A stretch of 32,000 bases of DNA, taken from Candidatus Saccharimonadota bacterium. Lineage in GTDB: Bacteria; Pseudomonadota; Gammaproteobacteria; Enterobacterales; Enterobacteriaceae. Of this stretch, positions 20,654 to 32,000 are shown in pieces. The DNA lies in contig NZ_CP046226.1 in NCBI RefSeq assembly GCF_012562765.1, positions 360,001 to 392,000 on the forward strand, written 5' to 3'. Below the pieces are notes generated by a model that saw only the letters and a list, made by a program, of their open reading frames with translations, did no database searches and was not told where the DNA came from. The position numbers were made by a program, and so were the translations under genes. Positions within the stretch are counted from its first letter, which is position 1, and every line of letters begins with the position of its first letter.

Positions 20654-21632
20654 AAAGATTTTATATTTATTTTAAAAATTTAGTAAAAAAATTTTTTATT
20701 TTTAAAAATTTTAAATCTCTATGTTTATTATTTTATTATTTTATTTTTTTAAAAATTATATCTTTTTTCATTTTTCATAGATATTATAAGATTATATAAT
20801 AATAAATTTTTATTTAAACCTATTAAAGTAACTATTTTACTTAATATTAAGTTATTTAATTTTTTATTAAAATATTTTTTAATTACTTTAAGTACATCGT
20901 AATAATATTATTATAAATACGTTTTTTTAAATAAAATTAAAGAATTTATTCTTTATAAAAAATTTATTTATTTTAATAGCAAATAATATTTTTTTGATTT
21001 TTTTTATAATATTTTCTAACTTAAGAAAAAAATTATGTGTTAGTTATTAAGTTATTAGTAATAGAATTATTGTAATATATATCCTAATATAATTATATTA
21101 CTTATATCTTTAATAATTTTTTTGGATAAAGTTTATTTTAAATATAAAAAAATATATTTTTATATTTAATATTTAAATTATTTATTTTTATAAAAAATAT
21201 ATATTTAATATAAATTTCAATATAAATAAAATTATAAATAATTTACTTGATATAAGAACAATATAAAAAATAAATGATTAAAATTAACTATTAAATTTTA
21301 TGAAAATAATAAAAAATTATTAATATGATTTAATATACATAAATAAAATATTATTTTAATAAATATTTTTTTAAAAACTTATACAAAATTTTTTTATTAT
21401 AAAAATAATAATTTTTGTATTTAAAATGATAAAATATAATATTTTTTATAAAAATTGAAATAAATTATTTACTATTGAAATAAATAAATTTTATGATTAT
21501 AGTTTTATATTATAATATTTAATTAGATTGAATATTAAAAAAATTATAAAAATAATATTAAAATTATATTAATTATATATAATAAAATAAAAATTTTTAT
21601 TGACAACAATTTAAATTAGTAATACTGAGAAA
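20654..21632. other. Non-coding spacer of about 1 kb, nearly pure A/T, with no ORF of 60 aa or more on either strand
   Basis: No ORF appears in the six-frame track between 20606 and 21633. By eye G and C are rare throughout and stops occur in all frames. It is the longest non-coding stretch in the window by a factor of about 4. Confidence 0.8.
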
Positions 21633-22157
21633 ATGGCAGAAAAAAGAAATATATTCTTAATAGGTCCTATGGGAGCAGGTAAAAGTACAATTGGACGTCA
21701 ATTAGCAAATAAATTAAATATGGAATTTTTTGATTCTGACGAAGAAATTGAACGTCGTACTGGTGCTGATATAAATTGGGTTTTTGATGTAGAAGGAGAA
21801 GAAGGATTTAGAAAACGTGAAAAAAAAATTATTAATGAAATTACAATAAAAAAAGGAATTATTTTAGCTACTGGAGGTGGATCTATAATTTCTAAAGAAA
21901 CACGAAAATATTTATCATCTAGAGGAATAGTTGTTTATTTAAAAACTACTATAGAAAAACAATTAATTCGTACTCAAAGAGATAAAAAACGTCCTTTATT
22001 AAAAAATAAAGATAAACCAGTTATAGAAATTTTACAAAATTTAGCTAAAGAAAGAAATCATTTATATAAAGAAATAGCTGATATTATTATTAAAACAGAT
22101 AAACAAAATGCTAAAATTGTTGCTAATCAACTTATTAATCTATTAGAAAAGAATTAA
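21633..22157 (+). CDS. aroK: Shikimate kinase I
   Basis: 174 aa. [25 protein letters not shown] is near-identical to the E. coli AroK N-terminus. It is followed by aroB, as in E. coli. Confidence 0.95.
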   Translation: MAEKRNIFLIGPMGAGKSTIGRQLANKLNMEFFDSDEEIERRTGADINWVFDVEGEEGFRKREKKIINEITIKKGIILATGGGSIISKETRKYLSSRGIVVYLKTTIEKQLIRTQRDKKRPLLKNKDKPVIEILQNLAKERNHLYKEIADIIIKTDKQNAKIVANQLINLLEKN

Positions 22158-22186
22158 TATTCATATAAATATTTTAAGGAATTAGT

Positions 22187-23287
22187 ATGATAAATACTAT
22201 TTTAGTAAAAACAAAAAAACATGATTATCCTATAATTATAGGTTTTGATTTGTTTAATACATCATACTTATTTAGTAGTTTTAAATATGGTGATCAAGCA
22301 ATGATAGTTACTAATCAAAAAATATTTACTCTTTATTTTCAAAAATTATCTGATATTTTAAAACATATTGGAATTAAATTAGATTATATTATTTTACCAG
22401 ATGGTGAAAAATATAAGACATTAATAACCATGAACATTATTTATTCATCTTTATTAAAAAAATTTCATAGTAGAGATACTACATTAATTGCTTTAGGAGG
22501 TGGTGTAATTGGTGATATGACTGGTTTTGCAGCATCTAGTTATCAAAGAGGCGTAAAATTAATACAAATTCCTACTACTTTATTATCTCAAGTAGATGCT
22601 TCTATAGGTGGTAAAACTGCTGTTAATCATCATTTAGGTAAAAATATGATAGGTAGTTTTTATCAACCTACTTCTGTTATTATAAATTTAAATTATTTAG
22701 ATACATTATCTAAAAGAGAATTTTCTTCAGGAATGGCAGAGGTTATTAAATATAGTATTATTTGTGATAATATTTTTTTTAATTGGTTAGAAGAAAATCT
22801 TGACAAATTATTTAATTTAGATCCAAAATCAATAAATTATTGTATTTATAAATGTTGTAAATTTAAATCAAAAATTATTTGTGAAGATGAAAATGAAAAA
22901 AATACAAGAGTTTTATTAAATTTAGGACATACTTATGGTCATGCAATTGAATCAGAAACAAATTATAATGGTAAATGGCTACATGGAGAAGCAATATCAG
23001 TTGGTATAATTATGTCATGTATAACATCAGAAAAATTGAATTTATTTAAAAATAGTGATACTATCAGAATAGTAAATTTATTAAAAAGATGTAATTTACC
23101 AATTCGAAGCCCTAAATTTATGAATACAAAAAAATATTTAAAATATATGTTTTTAGATAAAAAAGTTCATAATAATAAAATTCATTTAATTATTCCTGTA
23201 AAAATAGGTAAAGTTATTATAAATAATAATATTACTGAAAATATTATATCTGATTCAATTATACAATCAAGAAATTTAATGAAATAA
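22187..23287 (+). CDS. aroB: 3-dehydroquinate synthase
   Basis: 366 aa. ILPDGE.YK, GGGV.GD.TGFAA.SYQRGV, PTTLLSQVD, GGKTAVNH.LGKNMIG.FYQP and LNLGHT.GHAIE blocks are colinear with E. coli AroB. Confidence 0.95.
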   Translation: MINTILVKTKKHDYPIIIGFDLFNTSYLFSSFKYGDQAMIVTNQKIFTLYFQKLSDILKHIGIKLDYIILPDGEKYKTLITMNIIYSSLLKKFHSRDTTLIALGGGVIGDMTGFAASSYQRGVKLIQIPTTLLSQVDASIGGKTAVNHHLGKNMIGSFYQPTSVIINLNYLDTLSKREFSSGMAEVIKYSIICDNIFFNWLEENLDKLFNLDPKSINYCIYKCCKFKSKIICEDENEKNTRVLLNLGHTYGHAIESETNYNGKWLHGEAISVGIIMSCITSEKLNLFKNSDTIRIVNLLKRCNLPIRSPKFMNTKKYLKYMFLDKKVHNNKIHLIIPVKIGKVIINNNITENIISDSIIQSRNLMK

Positions 23288-23334
23288 AATTTAATTTTTT
23301 ATATATAATTATCATTATTCATAAAAATAAAAAG

Positions 23335-24000
23335 ATGAATAAATATTTACTTGCTGCATCCATTTTATCAGCTAATTTTTCTTATTTAGGAAAAGAAATT
23401 AATGATGTTATTATAGCTGGAATAGATATAATACATTTTGATATTATGGATAATCATTATGTTCCTAATTTAACTATAGGTCCAATAGTATTAAAATCAT
23501 TAAGAGACTATGGAATTAAAAATCTTATTGATGTACATTTAATGGTAAAACCAGTAGATAATTTAATTATTTCTTGCGCTAAAGCTGGAGCAGATTATAT
23601 TACTTTTCATCCAGAATGTTCAGATCATATTGATCGTAGTATTTCTTTAATAAAAAAATATGGATGTAAAGCAGGATTAGCTTTTAATCCATCTACTTCA
23701 TTACATTATTTAGATTATATAATGGATAAACTAGATTTAATATTAATTATGTCAGTAAATCCAGGATTTGGAGGACAAAAATTTATTCCAAATATTTTTA
23801 ATAAAATAATTCAAGCAAGAAAAATAATTAATCAAAATAAAAAGAATATATTATTATCAATTGATGGAGGAATAAATATAAATAATATAAATAAAGTAGC
23901 AAGATCTGGAGCTGATATATTAGTATTAGGTTCAACTATATTTAAAAATTCATTATCTTATAAAAAAATTATTAAACAAATTAAAATAGAATTGAAGTAA
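23335..24000 (+). CDS. rpe: Ribulose-phosphate 3-epimerase
   Basis: 221 aa. PSILSA.F, HFD.MDNHYVPNLTIGP, DVHLMVKPVD and MSVNPGFGGQ.FIP blocks are colinear with E. coli Rpe. Confidence 0.95.
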   Translation: MNKYLLAASILSANFSYLGKEINDVIIAGIDIIHFDIMDNHYVPNLTIGPIVLKSLRDYGIKNLIDVHLMVKPVDNLIISCAKAGADYITFHPECSDHIDRSISLIKKYGCKAGLAFNPSTSLHYLDYIMDKLDLILIMSVNPGFGGQKFIPNIFNKIIQARKIINQNKKNILLSIDGGININNINKVARSGADILVLGSTIFKNSLSYKKIIKQIKIELK

Positions 24001-24069
24001 GTAAATAAATTATATATAATAAAAATTATTATTTTAATTTTTTTTTAACTTTAAATAAAATTTTATATT

Positions 24070-25074
24070 ATGTTAATTAAACCAATAGTATTTAGTGCTA
24101 TTCAACCAACAGGTAATCTTACAATAGGTAATTATATAGGTGCATTAAAACAATGGGAAATAATTCAAAAAAAATTTTTTTGTATTTATTGTATTGCAGA
24201 CCTTCATTCCTTAACCATATATCAAAAACCAAATATTTTAAATAAAAATATATTAGATACTTTGGCTATTTTTTTAGCATGTGATATTAATCCTAATAAA
24301 AATATTATTTTTATACAATCTCATGTTCCTCAACATACACAGTTAAGTTGGATATTAAATTGTTTTACTTATTTTGGTGAATTAAAAAGAATGATTCAAT
24401 TTAAAGAAAAAACATTATTATCTAAAAATAACAATATTAATATTGGATTATTTAATTATCCCATATTAATGGCAGCTGATATTTTATTATATCAATCAGA
24501 AAAAATACCAGTAGGAAAAGATCAAATACAACATATTGAAATAGTTAGAAATATAGCTAAAAGATTTAATTCTATTTATGGAAAAATATTTACAATACCA
24601 GAAAAAATTATTAATTCTCATGGATCATCTATAATGTCTTTATTAAATCCTCTTAAAAAAATGTCTAAATCAGATTCTAATTCTAATAATATTATTAGTT
24701 TATTTGATAATAATGATATAATTACAAAAAAAATTCAAAATGCTGTTACTGATTCTGATATCCCTCCTAATATTATATATGATAAAATTAATAAGCCAGG
24801 TATTTCTAATTTACTTAGTATAATCTCTAATATTACTAATAATTCTATTCAAAATTTAGAAGTAAAATTTAAAGGAAAAACTTATAATAATTTTAAAAAA
24901 TATGTTATAGAACATTTATGTATATTTTTAGATAAATTTAGAAAAAAATATTCTAAATTTAGAAAAGATAAAAAATTACTTAATAATATTATTATTAATG
25001 GATCTAATCAAGCTCGAAAAAAAGCAGATATTACTTTAAATAAAGTTTATGATATTATAGGATTGTATAAATAA
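24070..25074 (+). CDS. trpS: Tryptophan--tRNA ligase
   Basis: 334 aa. KPIVFS..QPTG.LTIGNY.GAL.QW, YPILMAADILLYQ, VPVG.DQ.QH.E and KMSKSD are colinear with E. coli TrpRS. Confidence 0.95.
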   Translation: MLIKPIVFSAIQPTGNLTIGNYIGALKQWEIIQKKFFCIYCIADLHSLTIYQKPNILNKNILDTLAIFLACDINPNKNIIFIQSHVPQHTQLSWILNCFTYFGELKRMIQFKEKTLLSKNNNINIGLFNYPILMAADILLYQSEKIPVGKDQIQHIEIVRNIAKRFNSIYGKIFTIPEKIINSHGSSIMSLLNPLKKMSKSDSNSNNIISLFDNNDIITKKIQNAVTDSDIPPNIIYDKINKPGISNLLSIISNITNNSIQNLEVKFKGKTYNNFKKYVIEHLCIFLDKFRKKYSKFRKDKKLLNNIIINGSNQARKKADITLNKVYDIIGLYK

Positions 25075-25076
25075 TA

Positions 25077-25709
25077 TTAACGAGTACCATAAATAACAAC
25101 TGTTTTTCCATGTGCATAAATTAAATTTTGATTTTCAAGAATTTTAAATATACGTCCTACTGTTTCTCTTGAACAACCAACTATTTTACTAATTTCCTGT
25201 CTAGTAATTTTAATTTGCATACCATTAGGATGAGTAATCGCATCAGGACTTCTAGCTAAGTTTAACAGTGTTTTTACAATTCTATTGCTTACATCTAAAA
25301 AAGCTAAATTACTTACTTTTTTAGATGTAATTTGTAATCTGTGAGCTACTTGAGAAAAAACCTTTATAACAATATCATTATTAATTTTAATTAAATTACA
25401 AAAATTTTTATAAGATATTTCTGCTAGTTCACAATCTGTTTTTAACTTAACCCATGCAGTACGTTTATGAGTATGATTAAAAATTCCTAATTCTCCTACA
25501 AAATCTCCTTGATTTAAATAACTAAGAATAATTTCTTTTCCTTTGTTATTTTTAATTAAAACTACAACACTACCTTTTAATATATAATATAAATTTTTTG
25601 CTATATCACCTTTATTTATTAAAATAGTTTTAGCTAAATACTTATTTATATGGCAATAAGTAAGAAACCATTCTAAAGTAGAATCTTTTTTTGATTTAAA
25701 AACTACCAT
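25077..25709 (-). CDS. crp: cAMP receptor protein (CRP/FNR family global regulator)
   Basis: 210 aa, the same length as and colinear with E. coli CRP. Shared blocks are [87 protein letters not shown]. Confidence 0.93.
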   Translation of the reverse strand: MVVFKSKKDSTLEWFLTYCHINKYLAKTILINKGDIAKNLYYILKGSVVVLIKNNKGKEIILSYLNQGDFVGELGIFNHTHKRTAWVKLKTDCELAEISYKNFCNLIKINNDIVIKVFSQVAHRLQITSKKVSNLAFLDVSNRIVKTLLNLARSPDAITHPNGMQIKITRQEISKIVGCSRETVGRIFKILENQNLIYAHGKTVVIYGTR

Positions 25710-25941
25710 TAATCATCCTTTAATTTTATTATTAATATTATATTAATAATAATTTATATTTAATAAATTTTTTAAAAATATTATATATAATAAAGTATAT
25801 TATTAAATATAACAAATATTAAAATCACATATTATATATTGTATATAATATAAATTAAAATTAAATATTTAATTTATAAAAAATTATGAGTTATATTTTA
25901 TAATTTTTTTATTTATGTAAATATAATTTGGAATTATAAGA

Positions 25942-26856
25942 ATGAAATATTTTTGTATAGAAAACAAAGAATATATAGATAAATTTTTTAATAAATCATT
26001 GAATAAATTTAATATATCATTTGAAATTTTTCCTCCTTCAAATTATGAAATAAAATCTAATTTTTGGAAAATAATTAAAACTTTAGTAATATTAAAACCA
26101 AAATTTATTTCTATAACAACACATAACAATATTAATAATTCTTATAAGAATACATATAATTTTGTAAAAAAAATTCAAAAATATGTCAATGTAGAATTAG
26201 CTCCTCATATAACATGTATAAATATGAAGAATGATGAATTATATAATATAGCAACAAAATATTGGAAAAATGGAATAAAACATATAGTCGCTTTAAGAGG
26301 TGATAAAATAAAATCTAATAAAAATATTAATTCTTTAATGTATGCTTCTGATTTAGTTTATTTTTTAAAACAAATAGCAAATTTTAATATTTCAGTAGCA
26401 GCATATCCTGAAGTACATCCAGAATCTCAAAATACGAAAGAAGATTTAATTAATTTAAAAAGAAAAATAGATGCAGGTGCTACTAAAGCTATTACACAAT
26501 TTTTTTTTAATATAGAAAATTATCTATTATTTCGTGATAAATGTATATCTCAAGGAATAAATATAGAAATTATTCCAGGTATATTACCCATTACAAATTT
26601 TATACAGTTAAAAAAACTTATAAAAATAACAAATATTAAGATACCTAATTATATAAATAATATGTTTAAAAATTTAAATGAACAAGATGAAAATATATGT
26701 AAATTATTAGGAAGTTTTATTGCTATAGAAATGATAATAGGATTAAAAAATGAAGGAGTAAATCATTTTCATTTTTATACTTTAAATAAATCAGAAATAA
26801 TTTATGCTATTTGTCTTTATTTAGGTATTAAACCTAAAAAAATTATTTTAAATTAA
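25942..26856 (+). CDS. metF: 5,10-methylenetetrahydrofolate reductase
   Basis: 304 aa. SFE.FPP, APH.TCI, GI.HIVALRGD, MYASDLV, ISVAAYPEVHPE, DAGA..AITQFFF and EIIPGILP blocks are colinear with E. coli MetF. Confidence 0.94.
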   Translation: MKYFCIENKEYIDKFFNKSLNKFNISFEIFPPSNYEIKSNFWKIIKTLVILKPKFISITTHNNINNSYKNTYNFVKKIQKYVNVELAPHITCINMKNDELYNIATKYWKNGIKHIVALRGDKIKSNKNINSLMYASDLVYFLKQIANFNISVAAYPEVHPESQNTKEDLINLKRKIDAGATKAITQFFFNIENYLLFRDKCISQGINIEIIPGILPITNFIQLKKLIKITNIKIPNYINNMFKNLNEQDENICKLLGSFIAIEMIIGLKNEGVNHFHFYTLNKSEIIYAICLYLGIKPKKIILN

Positions 26857-26873
26857 TTTAAATTTAAAATATT

Positions 26874-26946
26874 TGCTGATACCCAGAATTGAACTGAGGA
26901 CCTCATCCATACCAAAGATGTGCTCTACCTACTGAGCTATACCAGC
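26874..26946 (-). tRNA. thrT: tRNA-Thr (anticodon GGU)
   Basis: The minus strand reads GCTGGTATAGCTCAGTAGGTAGAGCACATCTTTGGTATGGATGAGGTCCTCAGTTCAATTCTGGGTATCAGCA. It folds as a cloverleaf with a 7-bp acceptor stem (one G-U) and anticodon loop TTGGTAT, and is close to E. coli thrT. No CCA is encoded (the next bases are AAT). Confidence 0.92.
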
Positions 26947-26980
26947 TAAAAAAATATATCATTCATTATTAATTTAATTG

Positions 26981-27051
26981 AGCAGGCAGCGGGAATTGAA
27001 CCCGCATCATTAGCTTGGAAGGCTAAGATAATACCACTATACGATGCCTGC
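26981..27051 (-). tRNA. glyT: tRNA-Gly (anticodon UCC)
   Basis: The minus strand reads GCAGGCATCGTATAGTGGTATTATCTTAGCCTTCCAAGCTAATGATGCGGGTTCAATTCCCGCTGCCTGCT. The anticodon loop is CTTCCAA, and it is near-identical to E. coli glyT. No CCA is encoded (the next bases are CAA). Confidence 0.92.
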
Positions 27052-27068
27052 CTTCATCAATAATTATT

Positions 27069-27150
27069 TGGTGGGAGAAGGATTCGAACCTTCGAAGTCT
27101 ATGACGACAGATTTACAGTCTGCTCCCGTTAGCCACTTGGGTATCCCACC
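27069..27150 (-). tRNA. tyrU: tRNA-Tyr (anticodon GUA), with a long variable arm
   Basis: The minus strand reads GGTGGGATACCCAAGTGGCTAACGGGAGCAGACTGTAAATCTGTCGTCATAGACTTCGAAGGTTCGAATCCTTCTCCCACCA. The anticodon loop is CTGTAAA, and it is close to E. coli tyrT/tyrU. No CCA is encoded (the next bases are AAT). Confidence 0.92.
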
Positions 27151-27164
27151 ATAAAAAAACATAG

Positions 27165-27271
<107 letters not shown>

Positions 27272-27288
27272 TAGTTTTAATTAATTTA

Positions 27289-27406
27289 TCCTGGTATTTT
27301 CCTACTCTCACATGAGTAAATCTCATACTACCATCGGCACTACAACGTTTCACTTCTGAGTTCGGAATGGATTCAGGTGGTACCATTGCGTTATGTATAC
27401 CAGGAT
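27289..27406 (-). rRNA. rrf: 5S ribosomal RNA
   Basis: The minus strand reads ...CCTGGTATACATAACGCAATGGTACCACCTGAATCCATTCCGAACTCAGAAGTGAAACGTTGTAGTGCCGATGGTAGT...GAGAGTAGGAAAATACCAGGA and is colinear with E. coli 5S. Ends are accurate to a few nt. Confidence 0.93.
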
Positions 27407-27468
27407 TAAAAAATTTGGTTATAAATAATAGTTATAGTTATATAATATTTAAACGATTCTGGTGTTGT

Positions 27469-30417
<2,949 letters not shown>

Positions 30418-30584
30418 TTACAACCCACAATCGTTTATCTATGTAAAAACTATTTTTATATTTAAAAAATGATTTTACAAAAATTATCCTAATTATTAAA
30501 GAACAAAAATAAAATTTATTGAAATAAATTTTATTTTTTTAAAAACTTTTTAAGGACACTCTTTATAGAGTATGTACTTAAAGT
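30418..30584 (-). other. 16S-23S internal transcribed spacer without any tRNA gene
   Basis: The roughly 167 bp between the 16S 3' end (…GATCACCTCCTTTA) and the 23S 5' end is A/T-rich and has no cloverleaf-capable sequence. It contains a 15-bp all-A/T hairpin (30505-30519 and 30524-30538). Confidence 0.85.

Positions 30585-32000
<1,416 letters not shown>

Noticed and set aside
20654-21632. The possibility that the 1-kb A/T spacer is a replication origin or an iteron-bearing element. This includes the 12-mer ATTGAAATAAAT repeated at 21454-21465 and 21474-21485, spaced 20 bp apart.
   Set aside because: There are no DnaA-box-like 9-mers (TTATCCACA or TGTGGATAA) and no GATC clusters. Only two copies of the 12-mer occur, in sequence that is nearly all A/T, where such matches are expected by chance. 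Flanking gene orientation (htpG and aroK both on the plus strand) shows no strand switch here. It is kept as a spacer or pseudogene-remnant finding only.
21600-21632. TTGACA hexamer 27 nt upstream of the aroK start, considered as a promoter.
   Set aside because: No acceptable -10 lies at 16-18 nt spacing (TACTGA or ATACTG). The best -10-like hexamer (TAATAC) is at a 14-nt spacing, and the resulting leader would be under 10 nt. The support is too weak to list as a feature.
25825-25829. Possible CRP operator in the crp-metF divergent region (TCACA half-site).
   Set aside because: The partner half-site 6 nt upstream reads ACAAA rather than TGTGA, so this is a half-site only. No MetJ boxes (AGACGTCT) are present either.

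Overview
This window is core chromosome from a strongly reduced, extremely AT-rich gammaproteobacterium with an Enterobacterales-type gene set and local synteny, most like an insect endosymbiont. The lineage cannot be named without a database search. The linked 16S-23S-5S arrangement argues against a classical Buchnera layout.

Layout, left to right:
- Minus strand, 1-14584: rpoB (partial), rplL, rplJ, rplA, rplK, nusG, secE, a single tuf, fusA, rpsG, rpsL, tusB, tusC, tusD, fkpA, asd.
- A secreted Nuc/PLD-family nuclease gene (+), then ung (-).
- Plus strand: rpsF, rpsR, rplI, ffs (4.5S RNA), a short dnaX, htpG, a roughly 1 kb nearly pure A/T non-coding spacer, aroK, aroB, rpe, trpS.
- crp (-), metF (+).
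- Minus strand: 16S (partial), 23S, 5S, then tRNA-Thr(UGU), Tyr(GUA), Gly(UCC), Thr(GGU).

All protein calls rest on my own alignment of the supplied translations to remembered E. coli orthologues. No searches were run. I see no mobile elements, CRISPR arrays, toxin-antitoxin or defence islands, and no convincing novel multi-gene system. This is essentially an ordinary housekeeping region.

The items most worth a second look:
- the Nuc-like secreted HKD nuclease in a housekeeping context;
- a 17-bp perfect inverted repeat that extends the acceptor stem of tRNA-Thr(UGU) into a 24-bp helix;
- the ORF-free spacer of about 1 kb between htpG and aroK;
- the hybrid tufA/tufB context of the single tuf gene, with the orphaned thrU-tyrU-glyT-thrT cluster attached to the end of the rrn operon;
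- a tau-less dnaX;
- an apparently intact crp.
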